A program made the translations under genes and the position numbers. A stretch of 44,317 nt of DNA, the filler included, from Candidatus Sysuiplasma jiujiangense (GTDB lineage Archaea > Thermoplasmatota > Thermoplasmata > Sysuiplasmatales > Sysuiplasmataceae), in NCBI GenBank assembly GCA_019721075.1. It is 12 parts of 12 records of this genome, joined end to end, with 100 filler letters (N's around TTAATTAATTAA, not from the genome) between each part and the next. Parts side by side here need not be neighbours in the genome. Positions count along the whole stretch, not along the records: positions 1 to 4,872 come from JAHEAD010000044.1; positions 4,973 to 9,736 come from JAHEAD010000045.1; positions 9,837 to 14,171 come from JAHEAD010000046.1; 9 more parts are not named here. The stretch is one strand, 5' to 3'. Positions 1-10,264 of the stretch are shown in pieces. The stretch's first letter is position 1; every line of letters begins with the position of its first letter. The notes beneath the pieces are model-generated. The model made no database searches and was not told the origin of the DNA. It saw only the letters and a list, made by a program, of their open reading frames with translations.

Positions 1-2
1 CT

Positions 3-3000
3 TCACCCAGTTTTACTGGTAATTCTGCATCTTATACATCCGCTGCCTCACCGAGCTGGACAGTAAACCTTAACCTTTACGGCAACCGCCATCCCGTCTA
101 TCAGAATTCAGCCATTTCCCTGACAACCGTAAACCCACTCACTCCCATAACATTGTACGCAAATTATTCTGAGACAAATTTCACCGGCGAATCTCAGACA
201 TTGCAGTCCTCATGGAATGGCAGGGCACTTGAATCAGCCGCATCTACAACGAACGCATTGGATCAGTCCTCATATTTCCATACCACAGGATCAAAGACCA
301 TCAGTTTCTATGCCCAGAATGATCCGAATCCCTCGACCAATTCTCTCGGTTCGCTGGATTCCGGTTCCAGTTCATATGGCGTGAACGTTGTGCCATTCTC
401 CCTCACGCCTTCCCCTGTGGATTATTCATCCGTTGGAACATCCGTATTGCTGTCGTTGAAATACAGCACTCAGACCTCCGCTCTCATGTCACAGATCGAT
501 CTCACAGTCAATAGCGTACTGGAGGACAGGTTCCAGCCCAACGTTGCCTCTGGCATTGCCAAGTACACCTTCACCCAACCCGTAGCCTCGCCCCTGCTGG
601 TTACGTGGACGGCATCCGATCAATACGGCTACTCTCAGTCGATCACTTTCCAGTATGGCTCCAATTTAACCCCAGCGGAATACAGCAATAAGGTTACAGT
701 ATTGCAGTCTGCTAATGCAACTCACTCCTACCCCATATCCCTGTCTGGCGTCCCTTCTGGAACAGGATTTTACCAACAGTTGCTCACAATTTCAAATCCT
801 TCGAGTTATGGCATCAACACGGCAGGTTCAAACGTGCAATTCTCTGCACAAAATGGCTCATTGCTATATGCTTGGATCCAATCGGTTAATCAGGGTACAG
901 AAGACAACTTCACAGTGTGGGTAAAGAACTACAATGGTTCGTCAACCGTTGATATGCAGGTTCTGCCGAGTTTTGAGAATCTTTTTAGTGCGAATGGATA
1001 TTTAGGGGAAGCACCACAGTTAAGTTCAGTTTACGGAGAATATTTCAATGCACCTAAAGTATTCGGAAATTCAACTTCACCAAATGCTTGGGATTTCTCC
1101 GGAACAATATTACCGTCGGGATTTGTAAATTCAGGCACTATATATACGCAGGATAATGGTCTTACTTTTACAGGCACGAATGCGAATGGTTATATGTATT
1201 ACAATGAAAATCTTGGTTCTGCATCGGGTTATTCCATGACAGAATACGGGGTCATTGAGGGCTCACAGGATAATAGTACAGCATTCGGTTTCATACAAAT
1301 ACCAATTGATAACCACGCAGGATACAACGGCATAGGTATGCTAACATGGGATGGTGGTTCAGGCTCTACGTTGCAAAATCCGTATGGGTATATGACAAAC
1401 GATTCTGTTGTTGTAGATACAACAACATCAGTCTTTCCTACCTTCAGCACCCCTGCAATATGGACTGTCTCAGTGAATTCAAACTCCTATGATACTTACT
1501 ATTTGAACAACAGTAATATGAAGTCTATCAGTGGAGAGAGCAACCTAAATTCACTCTATCCGAGTGTAGCGGAGTTTCCTGCAGGTAAAATAGCTTATAA
1601 TCTCGAACAGCCTATGAAGGTCTATTATATGTTTATATCCCAGTCGATTGTTTCAATGCCCACCTTCACCATCGGCACAGGAAGCATTTATCAGGCGAAT
1701 GCCACGACGACATCGACACTGACTGGAAATCCAGGGCAGGCATACAATTCCACGTTCCAGTATTTTTCCTTCCAGATTCCCCTTGCACCGGGAACCAACT
1801 ACACGACGGTGATATGGAACAGCACATGGACGCTGAGCAATGCATTCCCCTCTACGTTCCTGCCAATATCAGCAGGGCAGAACTACATCACCTTTGAGGA
1901 CCTGTCAGGCTTCAGCTTCATCCAGGTGCAGCTGATCGAGCCATCATCGCTGATCAACACCATGGAGCAGGTTCAGCTGTCGCCATACCAGAGTCGGACG
2001 GGCCAGTCGCTGGGAACATTCTCGTCATATTTCAGCATCTCGGTCAGTTACACGCCATTTGGATCATCCACCGCGCAGACAATCAACCCTTCATCGGAGG
2101 GGTTCTCCCTCCCGTACGGTTCCATAGCTTCGGCATATCTCTATGATCCCTGGCACCAGCTGGTCGGATCAGAGGCTTTCAATGTCTCCTCAACCTATGT
2201 GCAGGTCGGAATTCCGCTCAACGTTACCTTCGTCTATTTTGTTGATGAGGAAACAAATGCAACCTTCAGCGGCGAAACAATCTCGGCGAACGGCTACAAC
2301 AATACATATCCGGATCCCATGGTTGTGGCCAACGGATCCTCATACCAGTACACGGTCTCAACGGTTGACCCCGCAACCTCCCTTCTGAAGGCTTACTCGG
2401 GATCCTTCACGGCTTCCGGTGCAGTCCAGGAAGCATATGTCAAAGTCGGGAAACCTCCCGGAACAGTTCAGCTGTCCGTATACCAGAAACAGAGCGGAGA
2501 ATCCCTTTCCCAGTATTCCTCCTACCTGAATGTAACCGTATCGTACCTGTCCCCTGGGTCAGCGTCCCCCATAGAAGTTGAGCCTCTTGGCATGAGTGTC
2601 CAGCTTCCCCAGGGATCAACTGCCACCGCATATGTCTACAATCCATGGCAGCAGCTGATGGGGTACGTATCATTCAATGTGACAGGACAGTACAGCCTGG
2701 TAAGTATTCCCCTCAATGCCACTCTTGCCTATCTCATAGACCAGCAGACAAGTGCTGCCTTCCCGGAGGAATCCCTGTCATCCAACGGCTACAACAATAC
2801 ATATCCGGATCCCATGGTTGTGGCCAACGGATCCTCATACCAGTATGCCGTGTCGGCAATCAATCCTCAGACATACCAGCTGGAGAATTACCCCGGAATC
2901 TTTACCGCAAAGGGAACCTCGCAGAAGATCTACGTCAACGTGGGAATGCCCCTTGCCTCTGCCCTTGTGAATGTCTATGCATACAACGGCAGCGGCATCG

Positions 3001-4553
3001 GCCTGCTCGGCAATGCAGGGCCGTCCACCGGGTCGCCTACTGCCTACCTTTACATAGGGGGCGTCCTGCAGTCCCTGAGCTCCACCTTCACCGGGGAGCT
3101 GGGGCAGACATACCCCGTTCAGGTTACGGATGTCCTGGGCGATGTCCTGTACACCGGCAACCTGACGCTGAACCAGCCCGCAAAGACCGTGGACATATAC
3201 GTCAGGACGCCGTCCTACGGGGTGCAGTTCATCAATGAGGAGGCCGTCCCCGCTTCGTCCCCGCTGGCAACGCAGTTCTCCTCCATAAATCCCATAGGGA
3301 AGGACGTTTACGTGAATTTCTCTACGAGAGTGGGGCAGGAGAGCACCCTCTATTTTGCCACCGGCAGCTACCACCTTTACACGCATGACAACCTGACAGA
3401 CAGCCTTAATTTCACACTCGTGAATGAGACCATTGGCTATGACTTCAACGGGCCCAACATCCTCAGGATAACGGAACAGGCCATAAACAGCACGAACCAT
3501 GGCATAATCCTGAACCCCATCAGCCAGCCGGGGAATTTGATACCGGGGCAGAATGCAACATGGCTGCTGGAGCCTGAGTTCAAGAACGGAACACTCCTGA
3601 CGCCATCGCAGATAGAGAATTCAACCTTCCAGTTCATTGTCACCAATTCATCGGGTTTCTTCCTGCCTGAGATTGTGGACCACAGCATCGTCCAGGGATA
3701 CCTCAGGGTTACATTTTTGCCAACAGTCAACGGATCCATGACGTTCGCCACGAAGGAGACATTTGATAATAATTCAGGGTCCTACTCCGACCAGGTATCC
3801 GTCATCCCCATTGTTCCCGCATCAGTTGGGCTGCAGGACACTATCACTCTGCCTTCAACAATCCAGGCCGGCAATGCAACGGTCGGTACGGTGTTCTTCT
3901 CCTTGGACTCAAGCAACAGCAGCAACCCTGCCACTCCGGACCAAGGACAGACCCTGTCGATCATGCATAACACCACGCTGGAACTCCTCTTTAACGGTAA
4001 GTTCGACGGCCTCATCGCCATGTACTATATCCAGCCGGGAGAGGCAGCCTTCAGCCTGAACATCACCGCAACAGGCACCGGGTATGCGGTTCTTGCCATC
4101 ACCACCCCGACAGGCATCTCGGGCCAGAAGGTATCATTCACGGGATCAAGCAGCTCATTCAGTGTGGTCTCGTACAACCCGACGAAGCAGGTCTCCCTGA
4201 CATCACAGCTCGAGAAGGCTCTTACAGGCCTGGACGCGGAGATATTTTACCTGATCGTTACGGTGGTAACCGTGCTCTACGAAGTGATAAAATACCTGAG
4301 GAGAGGAGACGAGGAAGAGGACACGGAGGACAATGAGGCAGGCCTCTTCATGGAGGCAATGACCATGTTCCAGGTGCTCCTGCTGAATGCCGAGAAGAAA
4401 CCCGTCCCGCCTGAACTGAATGACATCTACACAAAGATTCCGGCAAAGCGCAGGAACAAGATTTATGGGCTCATCACGTCCAGAAGGAGGGCGATCCTGC
4501 CCAAGCCAAAATTCCTCATGAGGAAGCCAAAGGAGGCAAAACAGAATGAATGA
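3..4553 (+). CDS. Large membrane-anchored surface/virion glycoprotein (5'-partial) with a DUF2341-like domain and a tandem ~165-aa duplication
   Basis: Frame is open from the contig start. S/T/N-rich with many NxS/T sequons; DUF2341-like segment (YPISLSG...SNVQFSAQNGSLLYAWIQS); C-terminal TM (IFYLIVTVVTVLY) followed by acidic and basic tails. Confidence 0.75.
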   Translation, partial: SPSFTGNSASYTSAASPSWTVNLNLYGNRHPVYQNSAISLTTVNPLTPITLYANYSETNFTGESQTLQSSWNGRALESAASTTNALDQSSYFHTTGSKTISFYAQNDPNPSTNSLGSLDSGSSSYGVNVVPFSLTPSPVDYSSVGTSVLLSLKYSTQTSALMSQIDLTVNSVLEDRFQPNVASGIAKYTFTQPVASPLLVTWTASDQYGYSQSITFQYGSNLTPAEYSNKVTVLQSANATHSYPISLSGVPSGTGFYQQLLTISNPSSYGINTAGSNVQFSAQNGSLLYAWIQSVNQGTEDNFTVWVKNYNGSSTVDMQVLPSFENLFSANGYLGEAPQLSSVYGEYFNAPKVFGNSTSPNAWDFSGTILPSGFVNSGTIYTQDNGLTFTGTNANGYMYYNENLGSASGYSMTEYGVIEGSQDNSTAFGFIQIPIDNHAGYNGIGMLTWDGGSGSTLQNPYGYMTNDSVVVDTTTSVFPTFSTPAIWTVSVNSNSYDTYYLNNSNMKSISGESNLNSLYPSVAEFPAGKIAYNLEQPMKVYYMFISQSIVSMPTFTIGTGSIYQANATTTSTLTGNPGQAYNSTFQYFSFQIPLAPGTNYTTVIWNSTWTLSNAFPSTFLPISAGQNYITFEDLSGFSFIQVQLIEPSSLINTMEQVQLSPYQSRTGQSLGTFSSYFSISVSYTPFGSSTAQTINPSSEGFSLPYGSIASAYLYDPWHQLVGSEAFNVSSTYVQVGIPLNVTFVYFVDEETNATFSGETISANGYNNTYPDPMVVANGSSYQYTVSTVDPATSLLKAYSGSFTASGAVQEAYVKVGKPPGTVQLSVYQKQSGESLSQYSSYLNVTVSYLSPGSASPIEVEPLGMSVQLPQGSTATAYVYNPWQQLMGYVSFNVTGQYSLVSIPLNATLAYLIDQQTSAAFPEESLSSNGYNNTYPDPMVVANGSSYQYAVSAINPQTYQLENYPGIFTAKGTSQKIYVNVGMPLASALVNVYAYNGSGIGLLGNAGPSTGSPTAYLYIGGVLQSLSSTFTGELGQTYPVQVTDVLGDVLYTGNLTLNQPAKTVDIYVRTPSYGVQFINEEAVPASSPLATQFSSINPIGKDVYVNFSTRVGQESTLYFATGSYHLYTHDNLTDSLNFTLVNETIGYDFNGPNILRITEQAINSTNHGIILNPISQPGNLIPGQNATWLLEPEFKNGTLLTPSQIENSTFQFIVTNSSGFFLPEIVDHSIVQGYLRVTFLPTVNGSMTFATKETFDNNSGSYSDQVSVIPIVPASVGLQDTITLPSTIQAGNATVGTVFFSLDSSNSSNPATPDQGQTLSIMHNTTLELLFNGKFDGLIAMYYIQPGEAAFSLNITATGTGYAVLAITTPTGISGQKVSFTGSSSSFSVVSYNPTKQVSLTSQLEKALTGLDAEIFYLIVTVVTVLYEVIKYLRRGDEEEDTEDNEAGLFMEAMTMFQVLLLNAEKKPVPPELNDIYTKIPAKRRNKIYGLITSRRRAILPKPKFLMRKPKEAKQNE
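2289..2845 (+). repeat. Exact 62-nt direct repeat (2289-2350 and 2784-2845) inside an intragenic duplication
   Basis: AACGGCTACAAC...CATACCAGTA occurs twice, 495 nt apart; both copies encode NGYNNTYPDPMVVANGSSYQY. Confidence 0.95.
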
Positions 4554-4872
4554 AAAAGAGGATAAGAAAATTGAACTGTGGAAAGTAGTGGCAATATCAG
4601 CAATACTGGCGTTCGCCATGGCCATTGCCGTTATGATGCCCTCCGGCGCTGGGGGAAGCGATCCGGGATCTGTTTCCGGAACGTTCCTGCCGGATGCAGC
4701 GAATGTGACGAATGCCACAATTATGGGGGATGCAGCCCAGATCATGGGATATTACCCCAGCCTTGATCTCTACGTAACGCTGCCAACCGGCACGGCAGCC
4801 CCAATGATCACCCCGTTCCTGGTGAATGTAACGGCGGGAGGGCAGGCGGTGGCTGACCTGTACGTAGGGAAT
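4546..4872 (+). CDS. Signal-peptide/N-terminal TM protein (3'-partial)
   Basis: Overlaps the upstream stop, GGAGG RBS, hydrophobic N-terminus; runs into the spacer. Confidence 0.7.
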
Positions 4873-4972
4873 NNNNNNNNNNNNNNNNNNNNNNNNNNNN
4901 NNNNNNNNNNNNNNNNTTAATTAATTAANNNNNNNNNNNNNNNNNNNNNNNNNNNNNNNNNNNNNNNNNNNN
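4873..4972. other. Artificial contig spacer; others at 9737, 14172, 18577, 22745, 26840, 30872, 34311, 37747, 40014 and 42251 (100 nt each)
   Basis: Same layout every time: N-run, TTAATTAATTAA (stops in all six frames), N-run. Confidence 0.99.
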
Positions 4973-4974
4973 GG

Positions 4975-7900
4975 TCCTATTCATACCAGTGGTACCTGAA
5001 CGGTGCAGCAGCCAGTGGTGCCACAGGGTCGTCATATACGACTTCTTTTAGCTCATCCGGTTCCAACACGGTGTATGTCATTGCTACTGATTCAAACGGT
5101 GTGTCCGTGCAGTCCAATACAATCACCCAGACCGTTGATACTGACCCATCCATATCCATTTCTGCGTCACATAACCCATCCGATGTGGGGCAATCCATTG
5201 ATTTCAGCACAGCTGTCTCCGGCGGTTCCGGCTCATATACATCATACAGCTATATCCTGTATGACGGCACATCCACATCAGATTCCCAGCTGGCATCCGG
5301 GTCATCCTCATCATTTTCCTATACATTCAGCAGCCCCGGGTCTTATCTACTGGAATACTCCGTCACAGATTCAAATGGCTATACCGCATCCACATCACTG
5401 ACGCAGAATGTCAATACCGATCCCTCCGTAACAGTGGCATCATCCCAGAATCCAACCGATTCCGGAAGAACGGTTGAATTTACGTCAGCAGTCTCAGGTG
5501 GTACTCCAGGATACAGCTATTCCTGGTCAGTTGACGGGAGCACCTATACAACCCAGGACATCAATGTGTCATTCAGTTCATCCGGATCGTATTCAGTGGA
5601 TCTAACCGTAACTGATGCGGCCGGGTATTCAGTTTCGCAGTCTCTTACTGAAACTGTCAACTCAGATCCAACCGTATCGGCATCCTCCAATGTAAGTTCA
5701 GCAGACGTCAATTATCCCATAGAGTTCTCCTCCACGCCAAGTGGCGGAACCGGCGGATATTCATATTCCTGGACCCTGAACGGGCAGCAGATATCAGCCT
5801 CCCAGGACTTCTCATATTCCTTCGCTTCCTCCGGATCATACACCCTGACCGTTACAATAACGGATTCAGTCGGGGTGCAGAGCAGTGCATCTGTCACAGT
5901 AAAGATCAATCCCAATCCCTCAGTGTCCATAAGCAGCAGCCAGAATCCCGCCGATGTTGGAAACTCTGTAACCTTTTCATCCTCAGAATCAGGCGGTACC
6001 GGCACTGATACATATGTGTGGTACATCAATGGAGTTCAGGAATCCACTGCATCGTCATTCTCATATTCATTCTCAGCGGCCGGCACATATTATGTCAATG
6101 TCACTGTGACCGATTCAGATGGCCACACGGCATCCTATTCACTGAAGGAGACCGTCAATGCCGATCCGTCAGTTGTCATTCATGTTGTTCACAATCCAAC
6201 TGATGTGGGAATATGGGCTAACTTCTCAGCATCCATATCGGGAGGTACAGGCCCGTTCAGCTATTCCTGGACCATCAATGGACAATCGTTCACAACAGCA
6301 TATGTCAACTATACTTTCACTGCATCAGGCACTTTTCCCGTATCCCTGACAGTAACGGATGCCAATGGGAACACAGCAACAGCATCAGTCAGTGAGGTCG
6401 TAAATCCGGACCCGACTGTTGCTGCGGAAGCACAGTACTCAACAGTGGATCAGGGCATAAATGACACATTCTATGCCGATGTTTCAGGCGGCACATCTCC
6501 CTTCAATTACACCTGGTCACTGGGAGGCAGCATTCTGAATTATTCTCAGGAGTTCCACATGAACTTCTCTGCCATAGGTACATATGACATCAACCTGACC
6601 GTATCCGATTCCCTTGGTGAAGTCTCTTCATCATCAATATCCGTTAAGGTAATCCAGAAACCGTCGGCACTCATTGAAGGATCCAACAGGACGGATGTTT
6701 CCACAACAACATACTGGGAAGGCTACGGATCATATGGGACAGCACCATACAACTACTACTGGTTCATCAATGGGGTCAACACATCCTCAGGCCTGTACCT
6801 TGAATATTCATTCCCGTCCCCAGGAGAATACAACATCTCACTTCTCATAGTAGACAGCCAGGGATCAAGGGCATACGCATACCTTAACGTTCAGGTGGAA
6901 CCAAAGCCTTCTGTGAAGATCTCTCAATCCATATCTGCAACTGATGTTGGCATCCCTGTGCATTTTACATCATCAGTGACAGGCGGAACCCCATTCTTCA
7001 ACTACACATGGTCAGTATCCGGAATTGGGATAGTGGGTTACCAGGCCAATCTCACATACATCTTCTCCCAGCCCGGGTCCTATAATGTAACTCTGTCCAT
7101 CTCAGACGGATCAGGAAACAGCGCATCATCATCCATTGGAATAAGGATAAATCCGCTGCCACAGGTAAGGATAGTGCCGGAGTACAGCAACATCGATCCA
7201 AATGTAACTGATACATTCAATTCCAACATCTCCGGCGGCACTCCAGGCTTCACATATCAGTGGTACGTAAATGGGACTTTTGAGGGGAACGGCAGCTCCA
7301 TAACATGGTCGTTCAGCAGTGCCGGAATTTACCCCGTCAGGCTTGTAATAACCGATTCCCAGGGGATTTCCGATTCCTATTCTACCGACATAACTGTGGC
7401 CTCATATCCCAGTGCTTCGATCATAGCTTCCTCAACAGATCTGGATGCCAATGTAAGCGATCAGTTCCGTGCATCAGGCTTTGGCGGCATCGGCCCATAC
7501 GGGTATGAATGGATCATAGCAGGCCATGAGTTTGATAACAGCACAGTGTCATATGCATTCAAGACACCGGGCAATTACTCTGTGCAACTGATCATTTCAG
7601 ATTCATTCGGCAAGGATGCATCCTCATCAATAACGGTGGCTGTGCATCCCGATCCCACCGTATCGGTATCATGGTCAGGGAAGCCCGTGGTATCCAGGCC
7701 ATTCTCCCTGAATGCAAACATAACCGGCGGAATTTCCCCATACCAGATAAGTTGGATATTCCCGTCAGGGCAGCATGAAACCGGCACATCCATATCCCAT
7801 GTCTTTTCATCCTCCGGTCCGGACACATTTGAGGTACAGGTATCCGATCAGGGTGGATACACCGAGACAAAGAATTTCACCATAGATGTTGGCCTCTATG

Positions 7901-9132
7901 TCGCCATCGCAGCAAACCAGACCTCGGGGCTTGGGCCTCTCTCTGTGCAGTTTTCCTCATCAGTGCTTGGAGGATCAGGCTACTCATACAACTGGACATT
8001 TTCACCGGGACACTATTCCCTTTTGCAGGATCCTACATACCAGTTCCCCGTGGGAAATTACACCGTCCATTTCTCAGTCACTTCGGCTAACGGTGCATCT
8101 GGTCAGGCCAATCTGAGCATTCAGAGTCTGCCTCCACCGGTGTCATTTGAGTATTCGTCAGGCCTGAACATCACCCAGGCATTCAGTTTCAGGGCAATCC
8201 CTAACTGGGATGCCAAGGGCCCATACAATATGTCATGGTCATTCCCCAATGGCCAGACAATAACGGGAATGAACATATCATACAAATTCCCTGTTTACAA
8301 TGAACTGAACACTGTTATTGCCACATTTTCGTACGGCAATGGGAAAACCTGGATCCAGTATCTGACAGTCCGAATGATACCCGCAGTGCCGGTGCTGGCT
8401 TTCAGTCCTCCATCCATCATTCCGGAGGGCACAATGCTCTCCCTCAATGCAACAGCAACTGCACCTGACAGCAGCTCATTCACATATTCCTGGGACATCA
8501 ACGGCACATCGGAATCCGGTCAATCAGTTCTGTATTATTTCCAGAATCCTGGCAATTATTCTGTTTCAGTCACTGTAACAGATGGGCTTGGGGCATCTGC
8601 AACAGTCCACAGGGTCATTGAGGTACTTCCTCAGGGGTCAAACAGCAGCATTGCAATCTCATACACCAGATCAGTGAATGGTCCAATGGACTATTACACC
8701 ATCAAGGTACTGTCAACCAGCGGAATCATTGCCGTCGAGGCTTTCCTTGGAACAACTCCCCTGAACATTTCCGAGATCAACTCCACATATACGGCAGCCG
8801 GTGAACTTGCTTACTTCAATTTGACAATGGACCAGAGGGACTATCCTGCAGGCACATATGGAATCAGCATCGTAGCATTCAACAACAATTCCCAGTCCAA
8901 TCATATCACAGTGGAGTTTCAGGTCACATCCCAGTATTCATCATCCACATTCTCTCTGGCTGATGTCATAGCATTCTTTGGAGGATTCAGCAACTTCCTG
9001 ATCACCATACTGACCATTGGAGGGCTTGTCATCGCTTATGCTTCCCTGAGAAGGCAGGACAATCCTGATCTCATAGTGCAGGGGCTGAGCCCGAGAGGAA
9101 AGAGCGAGAAGATAGTGTTGAAGGGAAAGTGA
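4975..9132 (+). CDS. Multi-PKD-repeat membrane-anchored glycoprotein (5'-partial)
   Basis: Many ~83-aa repeats (DVG..V.F....SGG..PY.Y.W..NG......F...G.Y.V.LTVTD..G) and a C-terminal TM (FSNFLITILTIGGLVIAY); frame open to the contig start. Confidence 0.85.
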   Translation, partial: SYSYQWYLNGAAASGATGSSYTTSFSSSGSNTVYVIATDSNGVSVQSNTITQTVDTDPSISISASHNPSDVGQSIDFSTAVSGGSGSYTSYSYILYDGTSTSDSQLASGSSSSFSYTFSSPGSYLLEYSVTDSNGYTASTSLTQNVNTDPSVTVASSQNPTDSGRTVEFTSAVSGGTPGYSYSWSVDGSTYTTQDINVSFSSSGSYSVDLTVTDAAGYSVSQSLTETVNSDPTVSASSNVSSADVNYPIEFSSTPSGGTGGYSYSWTLNGQQISASQDFSYSFASSGSYTLTVTITDSVGVQSSASVTVKINPNPSVSISSSQNPADVGNSVTFSSSESGGTGTDTYVWYINGVQESTASSFSYSFSAAGTYYVNVTVTDSDGHTASYSLKETVNADPSVVIHVVHNPTDVGIWANFSASISGGTGPFSYSWTINGQSFTTAYVNYTFTASGTFPVSLTVTDANGNTATASVSEVVNPDPTVAAEAQYSTVDQGINDTFYADVSGGTSPFNYTWSLGGSILNYSQEFHMNFSAIGTYDINLTVSDSLGEVSSSSISVKVIQKPSALIEGSNRTDVSTTTYWEGYGSYGTAPYNYYWFINGVNTSSGLYLEYSFPSPGEYNISLLIVDSQGSRAYAYLNVQVEPKPSVKISQSISATDVGIPVHFTSSVTGGTPFFNYTWSVSGIGIVGYQANLTYIFSQPGSYNVTLSISDGSGNSASSSIGIRINPLPQVRIVPEYSNIDPNVTDTFNSNISGGTPGFTYQWYVNGTFEGNGSSITWSFSSAGIYPVRLVITDSQGISDSYSTDITVASYPSASIIASSTDLDANVSDQFRASGFGGIGPYGYEWIIAGHEFDNSTVSYAFKTPGNYSVQLIISDSFGKDASSSITVAVHPDPTVSVSWSGKPVVSRPFSLNANITGGISPYQISWIFPSGQHETGTSISHVFSSSGPDTFEVQVSDQGGYTETKNFTIDVGLYVAIAANQTSGLGPLSVQFSSSVLGGSGYSYNWTFSPGHYSLLQDPTYQFPVGNYTVHFSVTSANGASGQANLSIQSLPPPVSFEYSSGLNITQAFSFRAIPNWDAKGPYNMSWSFPNGQTITGMNISYKFPVYNELNTVIATFSYGNGKTWIQYLTVRMIPAVPVLAFSPPSIIPEGTMLSLNATATAPDSSSFTYSWDINGTSESGQSVLYYFQNPGNYSVSVTVTDGLGASATVHRVIEVLPQGSNSSIAISYTRSVNGPMDYYTIKVLSTSGIIAVEAFLGTTPLNISEINSTYTAAGELAYFNLTMDQRDYPAGTYGISIVAFNNNSQSNHITVEFQVTSQYSSSTFSLADVIAFFGGFSNFLITILTIGGLVIAYASLRRQDNPDLIVQGLSPRGKSEKIVLKGK

Positions 9133-9142
9133 GGTATTGAAA

Positions 9143-9484
9143 ATGACGCAGTTTAGAACAGTGAAGAAGAACGGAAAGAAGCGGGTCATACCAATCCACA
9201 GTGGAAAGTCTGCAATAACAAGGCCTCTGACGCCCAGGCAGGTTGAGGATCTCACAGGCGTGGGAATAAGGCATCCGGGTTCCCTGACCTCTCTGGGATA
9301 TCACATAAACCTTCCAATGGGTCAGAGAAGGAGTGCATTAACCAGGGCTGAACAGAAATATGGCCACAAGGAGACACTGAGAAAATTAGGGGAACTGTAC
9401 AGGTTGGATTACAACAGGCCTGCACTGAGATCGAGAATAGTGGAGGATATCAAATTTGTTTCAGGAGGAAAGAGAAATGACTGA
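9143..9484 (+). CDS. Basic protein, putative virion nucleic-acid-binding protein (DUF5771-like)
   Basis: GAGGT RBS; K/R-rich N-terminus; GSLTSLGY...RRSAL..A..KYG...T..KL...EDIKFV pattern. Confidence 0.6.
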   Translation: MTQFRTVKKNGKKRVIPIHSGKSAITRPLTPRQVEDLTGVGIRHPGSLTSLGYHINLPMGQRRSALTRAEQKYGHKETLRKLGELYRLDYNRPALRSRIVEDIKFVSGGKRND

Positions 9485-9736
9485 ATTTCGAACAAGGAAG
9501 GATGGGAGAGTGTATCCAAAGAGCAGTGGGAAGTTCAAGGGAATCACCAGGAAGATCACGCAGGCCGATCTGAAGAAGGTCCATATCCACGGCCTGTCGC
9601 TGGCAGGATATACCCTTGACCTTGCGGATGATTTGAGAAAGAGAGCCCTTGGAAAGGCCGTAACGAAGTATGGCAAGGCAGACACAATGGCCGAGCTCTC
9701 TCTTCTGAGATCCAAATATGCTGGCAGTTCAAGGAT
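9477..9736 (+). CDS. Paralog of the preceding basic protein (3'-partial)
   Basis: MTEFRTRKDGRVYP vs MTQFRTVKKNGKKRVIP; LSLAGY...RKRALGKAVTKYG. Confidence 0.65.
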
Positions 9737-9969
9737 NNNNNNNNNNNNNNNNNNNNNNNNNNNNNNNNNNNNNNNNNNNNTTAATTAATTAANNNNNNNN
9801 NNNNNNNNNNNNNNNNNNNNNNNNNNNNNNNNNNNNATCAACCTCTTCATTATGATTCTGAGTTAGGATTATGGGTGTGTGATACTCCAAATTGCAGGGG
9901 TTCAGCAAAAAAATTACACGAGGCGGGGTTCTGATTCTACAGAGAGCCGCTAAAAAGGGTGACTAAAAA

Positions 9970-10098
9970 ATGTCTCTCGATGAAATGATCCGGTTCCTGA
10001 AGGCCATCAATCATCCCTTCAGAATTCCCTACCTGAGCGCTGCGAATTTCCATTTGTATATATCAACTTGGGAATCAAAGCACCGTCCGGAGGATTAG
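9970..10098 (+). CDS. Small hypothetical protein (42 aa)
   Basis: GGGTGA RBS; MSLDEMIRFLKAINHPFRIPYLS...; stop abuts the next ATG. Below the ORF-track cutoff. Confidence 0.5.
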   Translation: MSLDEMIRFLKAINHPFRIPYLSAANFHLYISTWESKHRPED

Positions 10099-10245
10099 AT
10101 GAAATCTGATTGCCATAGAACTGTGCAATGCCCTCGCTGTGGAAGGTTCTATGATAAATGCAACGTCAGGCAATATGAATATCATAAAAATAAGATGTGC
10201 CCTGAAAATTATAAACTGGATGATTTTACTCCCAGGGAGTCCTAA
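10099..10245 (+). CDS. Small zinc-finger protein (48 aa)
   Basis: GGAGG RBS; CPRCG...YEYHKNKMC (C2HC-like). Confidence 0.6.
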   Translation: MKSDCHRTVQCPRCGRFYDKCNVRQYEYHKNKMCPENYKLDDFTPRES

Positions 10246-10264
10246 GAATCCCTGGATCCGTAAA

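Noticed and set aside
2289..2845. Repeat pairs as a DGR template/variable region (also 18813/22111)
   Set aside because: No reverse transcriptase in the window; this pair is identical, and the other pair is non-coding with mismatches not confined to adenines.
4873..4972. Recurrent TTAATTAATTAA palindrome within N-runs
   Set aside because: Artificial joining linker; adjacency across it carries no biological meaning.
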